A stretch of DNA of 57,225 nucleotides from Toensbergia leucococca. Taxonomy: Eukaryota. The stretch lies in the NCBI GenBank assembly GCA_022813965.1, contig JALDZS010000154.1:1-57225 (forward strand), given 5' to 3'. The first letter of the stretch is position 1; the number at the start of each line of letters is the position of its first letter. The position numbers and the translations under genes are program-made. Below the pieces are notes generated by a model that was not told the origin of the DNA, ran no database searches, and saw only the letters and a program-made list of their open reading frames with translations. Below are positions 23,779 to 36,162 of the stretch, one piece after another.

Positions 23779-25925
23779 TCATCCCTTGGTCTGATAATAA
23801 GTAGCCGCATATTCCAGCAACCAAGCCTTCTCAATTTTCGTCACATCCCGAATGAAAGTCTTAGTTCCCGTCTCTAGGATCTCGTGGAAGATGACCCAGT
23901 CAGCTTTCCGATTCTATCGCTAAATTAGTATGGGGAGAAGGTATCTCGCATCATCGACGGCATCATGTGACTTACGAACATCAAGGAGCTCGGATGAGCG
24001 TGGAAAATGGTATCGCCGCTGACAGGCTTGAAAGTACCATCTGGTTGCATCCGTGCAGCATGCGCAAAGAAGCCAGTCGTGAGACATCTTCTTATTTGCT
24101 CTGCTTCGTTGATTGTATCCTCTTGTTTTGCTTTCGGCGCCAGTGACTCTTCCACATTCATGCCGAAGCGCTCGAGGTACCGTTTCAGTTGTCCTCGGAT
24201 GCTCACTGCGCGCGTCATGGACTTGTAGTTCAAATAATTATCTCGACACCACTTGGAATCCTTTTTGCCTTTCGTGACAAATGCTTGATACGCGTTCAGT
24301 AGTGTGAGATGATCGCCCTCTTCAACTGCAAATTTTCTTCGTGCTGTGTCCATGGCTCTTTTTTCACCATCGTGATGGAACCAGACTGCTCCTTGGAGAC
24401 TGGTCATAGCAGCTATGGAGAGGACTTCGCTGAGGCAGCCGAAAGAGGATGAGGCCAGTAGCACCTTGGCCATCATTGGCTCAACAGCTAGTTCAGCCAT
24501 ACGTACGCCGAGAGGTCGAGTGAGTTTTGCGTAGTCATCTATTGCGCCGAGGGAATACAAAAGCTCCAGAGCACGGATGATTAATTCGGCTGGTGGGGGC
24601 GTGAAGAAGTCAAAGCGAGCGATGTTGTCGATCCCAAGTGCTTTCAATTGGAGGATAGTAGGTGCGAGATTAGAACGCTGTATTTCTGGTATTGTGGCTT
24701 CGATGAGGCTTTCATAGACAGTCTCCGAGTACAGACGATAGCATTTACCTGGCTTCGTCCGTCCTGCTCGGCCAGCCCTCTGTGTGGCCGAAGCTTTCGA
24801 TACTGGCGTCGCTGTCAGTGTTTCGATTCCTGTTCTGGGATTAAAGGCCCGCACTTTCACAAAACCACAATCGATAACGTAGATGATACCATCGATAGTC
24901 ACAGACGCCTCGGCGATATTCGTTGAGACGATGACTTTACGAGTATTTTCCGGTGCAGGTTCAAAGACATAGAGCTGTTGCTCGCTCGAAAGCCCAGCGT
25001 ATAGAGGCAACGGGAATATCGAGGGTGCTCGTGTATGTAGTGAGCCGGCTCGATCTGTAATCAACTGTATCGCCGTGTCGATTTCTTCACGACCCGTTAG
25101 AAATAGTAGTATATCACCATCCGCTTCAGTCTGATGAATGTCAAAGATTGTCTTTACAGCCTTCTCCACGTAGTCTTCGGCCGGCTCTTCCAGGTACAGA
25201 ATATCTACAGGATACATTCTTCCCTCCAAATTGATAATCCTACCGACATTGCCCCCCTTTTCCTCACCATTCGCATCTTTTTGAACCTCTTCCCGTGCAA
25301 AGAAGCGCAAGAAGTCTTCTGCTTGTAAAGTTGCACTGCTGACCACTATCCGCAAGTCCGATCTGCGCTTTCTTATCTTTCTCAATACACCTAGGAGGAC
25401 GTCGGTACTTAATGAGCGCTCATGGGCTTCATCAACCATGATAACAGAATATCGCGATAGTAAAGGATCTGCCAGCGCCTCTCGAAGTAGGAGCCCATCA
25501 GTCAAGAACTTGATCCGAGTTGCCGCACTCGTCAAATCCTCAAATCTTATTGAATAGCCCACCTCTTCACCTAGCTTACACCCCATCTCTTCTGCCACTC
25601 TGGTGGCAACGGTCGTAGCAGCAACCCTTCGTGGCTATTAGTGTTCAAGGTTAGACTGAGCAATATACGACATTCGGATAGCAGAAAGTGACTCACCTAC
25701 CTGCGTCACCGCTACCACCTTGCCGTCGTTGCACCATCCTGCTTGTTCCAAGAATTGCGGAATCTGCGTTGTCTTTCCACTTCCTGTTTGTCCCACCACA
25801 ATCGTCACTGGGAAAGTCTCAATGAGGTAAAGCAAAGTCTGGCGATGGCGGGCGATTGGGAGTAGAGAGGAAGGTTTATGCAATGAAGGGATAAAGGATG
25901 AGGATATGTCATATTCAGCAGCCAT
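23779..25925 (-). CDS. DHX35: DEAH-box RNA helicase, DHX35-like (3 exons)
   Basis: GQTGSGKTTQIPQ, TQ|PRRVAA, DEAHER, SAT, STNIAEASVTIDG and QRAGRAGR motifs, plus HA2/OB regions. No long N-terminal extension. Introns 25635-25700 and about 23914-23974. Confidence 0.9.
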
Positions 25926-26263
25926 TGAAGCTTACAATAGCTCTAAATATTCGTTGAAATCTAGAGATGCTCTCAGCGTCTTTCAATGTTCGGATTAAGT
26001 CTACACATCCAAGCGAAGTTGTCAGTGGTAGAAATGTTCCTTGATTGTGGCTGGCTGAGGGCTAGCGCAAGTGGGCGCCACAGCCCTATCGGCTATTCGA
26101 GCTGCGTGTTGCGTTGGTGGCGTTCTCTGCTGTCTCTGTGTTGGTCTGCATCAGCTTCCTATCCTTGTCCACGTCATTGCTCAAGGTGCATGGAAGCAGA
26201 CAGTACCAAGTATCTTCCGAGCTGCCTGTCTACTACCAATAATCTGTGTTTGATCCAAGAGTC

Positions 26264-27806
26264 ATGTCAGACCCGGAAAAGCCAGTATGTTAAGAAGCCC
26301 TGCGCAAGATCAATACTTTATTGTGCTCTACTGACATACGCCAAAGACTAGTAAATCTCTCGAGTCTACTGGTCTTGGGAAAGAGTTAGAATTCGATGAC
26401 GAACCTCTAGAAACACTAGCGCCTCCAGTACCACACAAGATCAACTCACCATCAGATGACCCCCCAACGCTTGCACCACCTGCTCCTGAAGAAGATGCGC
26501 CTCCGCCCAAGCCCCCACGCCCAATAAGTCCACAACAGCAAGCAGAGAACACCCTTAAAGAAGCCTTTCCTTCAATCGATGGTGCAGTCGTCAAGGCAGT
26601 GCTAAGGGCTAGTGGTGGGAGTCTGGAACCTGCATTCAATGCCCTCCTAGGTAAAGAGACAGTCTTCGTTTAGCTAAAGGTCTAACCAAGTCTAGGCATG
26701 TCGGATCCGGATTCACAAGTCGAGCCTGCTCCACCTGCTCAACCACCGAGGCCGATGCAAACAGCTCGTAGTCCTAGTTCAACAGCACAGACACAGCTCG
26801 AAGCTGATGAACAATATGCAAGGCAGCTTGCTGAGCACTACAACGGCGCTACAGCTTACGGTGAAGCCCCAAGGACGGGTTCGAGAGGGCGGCAAGACCC
26901 AAGGCAGAGGAGAGATCCAAACATGAGACCCAATGAACCTTACGATGATAGAGAGCGTAGCTTCATCGATGGTATGTATTATACCTCGGATGTCAAATCA
27001 TTGTGCTGATCTATTTGGTAGATGATCTTCCCGTTATCCGCGACAATATTAAGAAAGGCTTTTTTGAAACGCAGTCAAAAGTGAACAGCTGGGTCTCGAC
27101 GTTAAGAAAGAGGATAGACGGTGACGAGGACGAAGGATACCAAGGCGCGCCCTCACGCACAGGATCAGGATACAATACCGGTCCACCTCAGCATCAGTAC
27201 GGAAACCGAAGAAGTGCGGATATTGGAAGGCGAAGTGGAGACCGCGAACGATATGATGCTGATCCTCAAGTTCTTGGAGATGACTTTACCAGCCTCCAAT
27301 TACGAGATGAGGAGGGTACGTGATAACTCCTTACTATTGACTATACACACCAGAGCTGACTTGTCATAGCTCCTCAGCGTCGCTCGAACCGCCCTTTAGC
27401 GAACCCAGATCTCTTCAAGCCCACACCTGCACCTCCCCAATCCAAACGCCGAGTCTCCTTCCAAGACGGCCCTCCAGAAGAAATCGACGACCTCTACCGG
27501 GGTTCCCCAGACTCCACTAAGCGTCCTTCATCCAGCACTGGCAAGCCCAGTAAATGGCAACCTCTTGCAGCAGTCGACCCTAGTCCAGTCGCGGATCACG
27601 ATCCCTTCAGCCTCGGGGACAGCGACGATGAAGATAGCAAGAAGAAAGATGTCAAGCCGGATGATAGCGAACGGTTGAAGAAGGGGGTTGCGATGACGGA
27701 TGGTACTTCACTTGGTGGCATGAAGAACCTTGAACCGAGTGAGCGGTTAGGTAGTACAGGTGTCAGGGACAAGGAAGCCGAGGGAAAGCTGACAGGGAAT
27801 TTTTAA
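26264..27806 (+). CDS. CUE5: CUE-domain ubiquitin-binding protein, Cue5-like (5 exons)
   Basis: TLKEAFPSIDGAVVKAVLRASGGSLEPAFNALL|GMSDP (CUE domain), QLEADEQYARQLA, DDLPVIRDNIKKGFFETQSKVNSW, SKWQPL, DPFSLGDSDDE. Confidence 0.88.
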
Positions 27807-27908
27807 AGTTAACATGGAGCTCAATCGCGGGCCTGTAGAGACGTATTTGTAGATGGCCAATGTATGCAGGACTGAGCATAACGGATGATACCATTTAATC
27901 TCCCATCT

Positions 27909-28586
27909 CTAATGCTCTCCACCTTCCTTCATCGTGGCCTTAGACCCCTCCTTCCTCAACTCCCGGATTACAGTCTACCCGCACATAGACTCAATTAGCG
28001 TTTCTCTTAAAGGAAAACCAAAAAAGCATCTCAACCGGGCGGTCAGCAATTCAAGAAAAAGTAGACAATCGTAAGCATGAACCACGGTTCGGGGATAATA
28101 CATATAGAAGGCGGCGGCAATACAAGTCACGACGTAGTAGTAGGTTTCTAAGGGTCAGCAGGTGTTATCGACAGACAGATGATGGAAAACAAAATTCAAA
28201 TTCTGGTGGAACAAGGAAAGGTAGGGAAGTATGAATCTCTTGCAAAACTCACAGCCAGCGCATCGGGACTGACGCCGTTTTCGATCAGCGAAACGCACAG
28301 GCCTAGCGTGGAGCGGTCGAGGTGGGTATTCTATTGTCCCCGACCGTTGTTAGTCGGATGATTTCGTTTGGGTTGTTGTTGCTTTTGTGGCGGCTTTGAA
28401 TTGAATAGATTTGATTTGAGAGGTAGAAGCGTAGGGATGGGGGGTCTGCTTTTTTGAGGGAGGGAGCGGGAATTGGGGAGGAGGGATTTGGATGGGGGAG
28501 GGGGGACGGACGAGGAGGGTGGAGATTTCGAGGAGGATGTCGATTACTTCTTGTGCGGCGAGGCGTCTGGAGGCTAGGGTTGACAT
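27909..28586 (-). CDS. MZT1: Mitotic-spindle organizing protein 1 (MOZART1), 3 exons
   Basis: [51 protein letters not shown] matches the MZT1 consensus. Confidence 0.93.
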
Positions 28587-28611
28587 TGTTGTTGTTGTTG
28601 TTGTTGTTGTT
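28586..28611 (-). repeat. (CAA)8 microsatellite abutting the MZT1 start codon
   Basis: (TTG)n on the plus strand, ending at the CAT of the start codon. Confidence 0.95.
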
Positions 28612-29371
28612 TTTTCGGGGGGGATGTGGCAAATTTGGCGAGGGTGGGATAAGGAAGCGGGGATGTGGGTGAGGGTTCTCGGAATCGCGGCTTAGAATAC
28701 TTGGGCTAGAATACTAGGTTGTTGACTGATGACTCTGCTTGGAAAGAGAGATTTGATACTTGGGAAAGTTGATGATCCGTCGCTGTTCTATTGTAAGGTA
28801 ATTTAAGGGTGGCCTGAAGATACTGGGCCCACGGGCCTTTCTCTGTTCCCCCCCCCCCCAAATTTCTCTTTTATTTACACCACATGGCTCTTTCATCAAG
28901 GTCATGCTCAACGTATGTCGTAAGTCAACGGCATCGAGGCACAAGGCGAGACGACAGGGCAATTTCCAAGTATGGTCCCTTTCTAAAAGCGCAAAAGCTG
29001 CTAGATATCTAAATAAGGAGCTAAGGTCCTCTTCGAGTCCTCGTGGCTTGAACTTGAATTTCGCCCGGTCACCGAAAAGGCCCGAGAGACATGGAATATT
29101 CTTACAAACAGCCTACGAAATCCCACGTCTTGGCTTGCCCGGCTACTGATCAATGGTGGTAGTCGTGACAATGATGGATGTTCATATACTTGACCATGGC
29201 AACAAATGTAACTATTTGGACTTGTCGTCGTTGCAAATCCCTCTTGATTAATGAGGCCCTTTTCCAGCGACCCATCACTCTCCCTCTGGAATATTTCATC
29301 GAGACAGCAGGTCCAAACCCAGCCTAGAATCATTCTAGCGCCCAATAACGGCCCCTAGAAATTAGAACAAG

Positions 29372-31081
29372 ATGAGGGACTCAACGCTAAGCGGCAAAAC
29401 GCTCAACGAGGAAGCCCAGGATCTGTCATGCAGAAACACCACGGATTCCTTCGGAGCCTTTCCCGGCGATATTTGGTCGCTGAGCAAGTTGAAGACTGGC
29501 GAGCAATTTCCCTCGTACGTTAATAACCAGGATAGCCTCTTCTCCAACGATATCTGGTCCAAGACTGCTGAACTCGACAACTGGGCCATGTCAAGCGCCA
29601 ATAGTGAAGAGAAGCTGGAGGAAGTGCTACCAGACAAAGAAGGAGAAGGAACATCACATCATCCACCCCCGCCAAAGCCTAGCTTCTCAACTGCCCATGA
29701 GGTCGCTTTCGTCGCTGTCGTCTGCTCTGCCCAGCTCATGACCCAAGCCAGTTTTGGCCAAGTCCTCGCTCCCTTGCATGTGATCGGAGATGCCTTCAAA
29801 GCGCAAAACACAGGTCAATTAGTCTGGTATCCGGCCGCGTACAGCTTGACCGTGGGAACCTTCATCCTGGTAGCAGGACGATTGGGCGATATCTTCGGCC
29901 ACAAGCGTCTATTCATCATTGGATATCTATGGTTCGCATTGTGGTCTTTGATTGCTGGCTTGAGCGTGTATTCTGGATCGCAAATCTTCTTCGATATATG
30001 TCGTGCGCTGCAGGGACTCGGTCCCGCGTTGCTCATGCCCAACGCTTTGGCTTTGTTCGGCCGTACCTATCCTCCAGGAAGAAGAAAAGAGATGCTGTTC
30101 GCCTTGTTCGGTGCGACTGCCCCGTCCGGATTCGTCGTAGGTGCTGTCTTTTCGGCCTTGTTGGCTGAAAAAGCTTGGTGGCCGTGGGCATTCTGGTGTA
30201 CAGCGATTACTTGCTGTGTTCTTGCGGCCAGCGCTTTTTTCGTGATCCCGGCGCCTCCGGAACACTTTCTTATCAAGAAAGGCAACAGGCACTTCGACTA
30301 CATCGGTTCTGTGACTGGAGTATGTGGTCTTGTACTTTTCAATTTGGCCTGGAATCAAGCGCCTAGTGTTGGCTGGAATAGTCCCAAGGCCTACGTTCTA
30401 CTTCTGTTCGGCATGTTGTTTCTAGCTGCCTTCTTTACCGCTGAGAGAAAGGTGGCCACGCCTCTTATTCCGCGCGATCTTCTCCTCCGAAAAGTAGGCT
30501 TTATTCTTGGATGTATTGCCTTGGGCTGGTCGAGCTTTGGCATTTGGATCTACTACTTGTGCCAATTCATCGAGGTTCTACGAGGTTATAGCCCATTAAG
30601 CTTGAGTGCGCAAGTCGTACCTTGTGCTTTATCCGGCATATGTGCATCAGCCCTGACTGGCTTTCTGTTGAGCAAATTGGGAACGCCGTATATCATGGTC
30701 ATTGCCATGGTGAGTTTCTGTGTTGCCAACATCTTGGTAGCGACCATGCCAATAGACCAAAGCTACTGGATTCAGACCTTCCTGACCGCCATCATCGCGC
30801 CTTTCGGAATGGACATGAGTTTCCCGGCTGCTACAATTATGCTAAGTAACTTCGTGGGGCCACAGCATCAGGGCGTTGCGGCCTCTTTGGTCACGACGGT
30901 GGTGAACTACTCCATCTCAATCGGCCTTGGAATTGCGGGGACAGTGGAAGTGCATGTCAATCGAGGCGGCGAAGACATATTAAGGGGTTATCGAGGGGCC
31001 GAGTACGCGGCTATTGGACTCAGTGGCATGGGCATTCTCCTGTCCTTGATATTCGCCATCACCCATGAACCCAAGAAATAG
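29372..31081 (+). CDS. MFS drug:H+ antiporter (DHA2, ATR1/YOR378W-like), intronless; start uncertain
   Basis: WYPAAYSLTVGTFILVAGRLGDIFGHK, RALQGLGPALLMPNA, FGATAPSG, GMDMSFPAAT, QGVAASLV. About 14 hydrophobic segments. Confidence 0.93.
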   Translation: MRDSTLSGKTLNEEAQDLSCRNTTDSFGAFPGDIWSLSKLKTGEQFPSYVNNQDSLFSNDIWSKTAELDNWAMSSANSEEKLEEVLPDKEGEGTSHHPPPPKPSFSTAHEVAFVAVVCSAQLMTQASFGQVLAPLHVIGDAFKAQNTGQLVWYPAAYSLTVGTFILVAGRLGDIFGHKRLFIIGYLWFALWSLIAGLSVYSGSQIFFDICRALQGLGPALLMPNALALFGRTYPPGRRKEMLFALFGATAPSGFVVGAVFSALLAEKAWWPWAFWCTAITCCVLAASAFFVIPAPPEHFLIKKGNRHFDYIGSVTGVCGLVLFNLAWNQAPSVGWNSPKAYVLLLFGMLFLAAFFTAERKVATPLIPRDLLLRKVGFILGCIALGWSSFGIWIYYLCQFIEVLRGYSPLSLSAQVVPCALSGICASALTGFLLSKLGTPYIMVIAMVSFCVANILVATMPIDQSYWIQTFLTAIIAPFGMDMSFPAATIMLSNFVGPQHQGVAASLVTTVVNYSISIGLGIAGTVEVHVNRGGEDILRGYRGAEYAAIGLSGMGILLSLIFAITHEPKK

Positions 31082-31963
31082 TGCATATACTACGGATGGT
31101 GTTCTTGGTTTCCACTTGACGATGTGACGACCATCTTCTCTTCTTTGTACTATTTTAGAATAGATTTTGGGGGTCCAGGATGTGGGAAAGGTCGGACACG
31201 GTACGGAGTAGATAATGCTTGCATTTTCAGGAGTTGGTCAAGGATATCTTGGACGATGAGATTATTCGCTCGAGATTATTATGAGCTGTGCCTCCTCGCC
31301 TCGGCTTTGATACTACCTACCTTACATAGTATTCTAGGCTAAGGTATCACAATTCCCTACGCTCACCAGCGGTCTTTTTGCTGCCATCCTGGAGGACTTA
31401 TCGGCATACCTTACGGATGTCTGTTTTGGGGGCTGCATCCTTGGTCTGTCTCGTACCTAGGTATCTAGACCTAAGTAGCTAAAATTATGTCGCATTAAGC
31501 TTTGGTAGTGGGCGATCAAAGTATGAATGTGACCGACTTGTGGATTGTGAAGCAATTTGAGTGTCGCAATGTTGTGGTTACGGTCTCATATCGATGTAAC
31601 CTGTAACCATGCCCATCACTACTCTATTCTATTGCTAGAGCACAGTAAAATGATTTCATCATGACAGATCTCCCTAGTTGATCCTTCTTGTCCTCCACCT
31701 TTTTACTAATCTCCCATTTTACTTTTACACGGCTGTGCCTTGCATTGTCCTCGGCGACTCCATATCAATCCTTGCCCCCCCCCCGGCTCATTTCACATTC
31801 TACTGATTTTGGCGTATTATGTCATCCTTGATTGGTCTGCAGCAGCCACGGTCTAGAACACTCTGTCTCTCTCTCTCTTGCCACGATGAATTACTTCTCC
31901 GATAACTCTTACAGTGTCGCCATCAAGCTCCGTGATGCTACTGCTATCCTCACCTACGAATCA

Positions 31964-34293
31964 ATGAGTCACTACATCACCGAATTCCTTATAGAACCAG
32001 TCATCCGACAAGCTCGCCGTTTTCCTCGCACCAGCGATACCTCGGAGCCCCCACTCCGAACCCTTCGTCAGCCAGACAGCCATGGAGCAGCTTCACCATC
32101 GCCCGAAGAAGCGTCGACAATCGCCACAACAACAACGGCCATAGAAACACGTCATGGCATCGAAGGTGGCGTATACACGGGAATGCAGGGCGATTCAATT
32201 GTTGATGAACCTGCCTTGCTATCACCGGCCTCGGAGGTTGGTGGGCTTGAAGCTGAGCTACAGGCTTGGAGGAATAGCGAAAACTTTGCCTTGCCTCGTT
32301 CACAGGTAGCTACACCTTCCGATGGCTACATTTCCGCAGCGGCTTCAAGACGACATACCTTACGGCTCGAGGATGATGAAACCTCCAGTAACCCGCTGTT
32401 TGGGATTCCCGATCGCTTCAGGTCTACCACAACTTCATTTAGTAACTCGATACATTCTATGGCTGAAGTAGACATGACCACTTCAGAAAGCACTGGTCGC
32501 TCTCGCGATGATTCGGGCCTCGAAGGCCATGGAGCTGCAGGCAGCTTCAGTGGTCGCAAAGGAGATGGATCTTTACCAGCTGATGATGGCATGGGACATT
32601 TACGAAAACGTATTCTTGACATTCAAGGCATGGAAGCATCGAGTGTAGAGAAAGCTCGACTAATCCATGAGTTGATGACGGAACAATACAGCTCCTTACA
32701 CTCCAACCTAAAAAACCATTTCCATAACCCACTTTCCCCTACGAGTCTGCTTAGCCATGGTACGCCTTCCACTTCTGGCTCCGGCCTCTCACTGGATGAG
32801 GTTGCATCACCTCGACTCTCCTTATCATCAGAAGGAGTGAATCCGTTTCATTTGTACCCGGATGATCTAACGCCAACGTATTTCAGCAGAGGGCTGGATC
32901 CGTCTACAGGAACTGCTGTGTCTGATCGGACGAATCGGTCGTCTATCTCAGAAGACGAGCCCAAACCTTTGGGATGTCCACATTACAGGCGTAATATCAA
33001 ATTGCAATGCTCTGCTTGTGATCGGTGGTATACGTGCCGCTTTTGCCATGACGAAGTCGAAGGTCATTCTCTAAATCGAAGAGAGACTAAAAACATGCTC
33101 TGTATGCTCTGTGGCTGTGCCCAGCCTGCATCGCAGGAGTGCCTTGCTTGTGGTGTACAGGCAGCGTGGTATTATTGTAGTGTTTGCAAGCTGTGGGATG
33201 ATGATAACGGGAAAAGCATTTACCACTGTAACGACTGTGGGATATGTAGAGTTGGGCAAGGACTTGGAAAGGATTTTTACCATTGCAAGGTATGTTCTAA
33301 TTATCGAAATGCAGATAGCATCTTAACAGTGTCTTGTAGACTTGCTGTGTATGCATGTCCATATCCATCCGAGATACACATCGCTGTATAGAGCGTTCGA
33401 CCGACTGTGACTGTCCCATCTGCGGCGAATACATGTTCACCTCCCCGCAAACAGTAGTGTTCATGCGCTGCGGTCACAGCATCCATCATCGCTGCTATTA
33501 CGAGCATATGAAGACTTCATATCGCTGTCCCATCTGCAGCCGCAGTATTGTAAATATGGAAATGCAATTCCGCCACCTGGAACGAGCCATCGAAACCCAA
33601 CCTATGCCGGCACAATTCCAAGACACCAGAGCATGGGTGTATTGTAACGATTGTAGTGCGAAGACGGCGGTCAAATACCATTGGCTTGGTCTTAAATGCG
33701 CTGTGTAAGTGTTCCCATCCTCAGCTTGAAGCTCTCTAATATCCTAAAGTTGCGATTCCTACAATACCGCCCAGCTCCAAATATTATCCGGCCCCGAATC
33801 CGAGGCCGAACCCTCTTCCCCGACCGAACCTCCTAGCCCTGAATTGCCAGCCCCGCTAACGCCCGACGTCACTGAGATCATCTCTCGCGGTCGAGCCACT
33901 CGTCCTCCGGGTCTCCCCCATAGACCAACAACTTCGGCTCCCGTTGTTGAAAACGGCCGTGTTCCATCAATCAGCCTCTACGAGCGTTTCGCCCGCTCCG
34001 AGTCACCTAGACTACCCGGCCAGATCGGCATAGTGCAGGGACTACTTAGCGAGAGCGATGACGCCGAGTCAACGTCAACCGACAACGATGATGACACCGA
34101 TCTCGATTTTTGGGGAGGAGAAAGTCCGCGATTGAGAGAAGGGGCGGAGCCGCAGTCGAGAAAGGCTGGGGACTCTGCACAGGATAGTGAAGATGATGAG
34201 GACGACGAGGATGAGGATATGACTGATGTCACGGATGGTGAGGAGGATAGTGATGACGAAGAGGATCACATGGAGATTTTCGGTCATTTGTAA
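31964..34293 (+). CDS. CHY zinc finger / RING E3 ligase (Pirh2/RCHY1-like), 3 exons
   Basis: LGCPHYRRNIKLQCSACDRWYTCRFCHD (CHY), YHCNDCGICRVG, CPICGEYMF...CGHSIH...CPICS (RING), VYCNDC...YHWLGLKC (zinc ribbon), and an acidic tail. Introns 33290-33339 and 33704-33749. Confidence 0.93.
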
Positions 34294-34789
34294 GAGCAGG
34301 CTCTGGGGTTGTGTATTTTAGTTTGGTTTGGCGTTTCCCCCTATGATATACCCTCGGCCTTTGAACTCTCATGCTTGTCTCGTCTCTTTCTCTTTTTTCT
34401 TTTTCCTTTTCTCTACTCACTTTATTGGGGCGCCTAAAAGCGGGACGGATGGTTTATGAGAAGCATGATTCGGGCATGATTGGTGTTGCTCTGGGCTACA
34501 TGCGCGCTACTGTACTTTTATTCCTCAACGATATCATTGTCGATGCCCTGCCCTTTTTTTTCTTTAAAATAGAAGGAATTTTATTCAGCCTATTCTTCAC
34601 AATCTTTTAGTGCGTAATTGATGGAGTTGAATGAAGAGGTGAGCATAATTGAGGTTTTTTTTTAAGTTTTGGGGGGATTTTGCAGATTTGAGTTTCTTGT
34701 TTTTGAGGGGGAATTTGAGAGATTGAGAAGGGAGATTTGTGCGGATGAATGATTTGATAGCTGTAGCTGTATTGTATCATTCTGTTTTT

Positions 34790-35990
34790 ATGTAAAGTGA
34801 GATCTGTGTGATGCAGATATTATTAAAGTATGGTACTGATCACATTCTGTATCACATTCTGCCTCAATTCTCTATCAACTTTGCAAGTCATTTACTCTGT
34901 TCTATTTGCGTGCCTTTTTAGAATTTAAATTATCTAGAGAATCATCCTGATATTGTATCACATTTGAACCTAATTCTTTATCATAAATTTTGATTTTCCC
35001 CTTATCTGATGAACTTGAACTCTCACCTTCATCTTTCCTTACAGTCATGAGTCTTGCTTCACTCAACACTTTATTAAATATAGAATACATGACTATAGAT
35101 GTTCTTGTTGTCATTATTTAGAAGCATGTCTGTCAGATCTATGCTGTCTGTGAGTGCGAGTGAGAGAGAGATGCAGAAGTGAATGTGACTGTTACTGTGT
35201 CTGTGAATAACAGAGTGTTTTTATGATTTTAAAAGGTGATACATAGCAAAATCATGATTACAATCCTTTTGCGCTCTGAGAAAGCATAATCATTGCGCTC
35301 AGAGATAAAAAAAAATCAAGTCAGAATATAATACAAAAGTGCCAGGGCAAGGATCAGGAAATCGAGGAGTTGGAGGACCGAGGGCCTCGGAGGCATGTGC
35401 TCGGAATTCGGGAATTCGGGAATTCGGACTTGCACATGCCTGCTAGATTACGTAATGATAGCTAGTTAAGTAGCCAGTTTTTAGCTCAGAAATCCATCAT
35501 CTTTCCACGTCACGTTTTCGAGGATTAGACCTTTAGTTGGTAGGTAGAAAGATCCCCCTTCCATAAGTTGACTACGATTCTCGATTATATTATCGTGGTC
35601 TACGATTCCTGACTACATTATCGAACCTACGGACCCATAGCGTCTTTCTAAAAGCATTGATTTTCCTCTAAATAATTTAAACTTTTAGATAACATGTAAA
35701 TTGAACAGAGTAAGGTAATTGACTTGCAAAGGTGATAGAGAATTGAGAAGAGACATGATGCACAATAACATAAGATTTTTCTCAATAATCTTGCGCCTGA
35801 GAGTGAGGGTGTTCACCTATCAAAAAGGGGCGTTCATACATCAGTAGTCTTGACCTTTAGATGATGAACAGACTATGAGACTAGTATCTTATACAACAGA
35901 GTATGAGGTAATCTTTAGTGTTTGTGAGTGATGCATCGGTTCCTTGCTTTTTGTGATTTTGTTGTTTTTCTTCTTAATGTGAAATTCAAT
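34790..35990. mobile_element. Mosaic of AT-rich degenerate repeat fragments
   Basis: AT-rich, CpG-poor blocks flank a less mutated core that has short tandem and inverted repeats. No recognisable transposase. Confidence 0.5.
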
Positions 35991-36162
35991 TTCACAGACA
36001 AACCTGACTGATGTATGCAACCTCCCTCAACAAATTCTACGCCTGATCCCCTAAGCTAATGTATACGCCAGACCCCCCGCCGTCCCCATAAACTCACCCC
36101 CAATCAACGCTCCTTAAAACCAACCAAAACCACCCCCAATCAAGGCCCAAACTCAGGGCTCA

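Noticed and set aside
35391..35466. Helitron 3' end (hairpin plus CTAG)
   Set aside because: Hairpin size and spacing to CTAG do not fit well, and no Rep/helicase remnant or defined 5' TC end was found.
34834..35846. TIR pair TACTGAT / ATCAGTA defining a single element
   Set aside because: Complementarity stops after 7 bp, which is compatible with chance or with two unrelated element ends.
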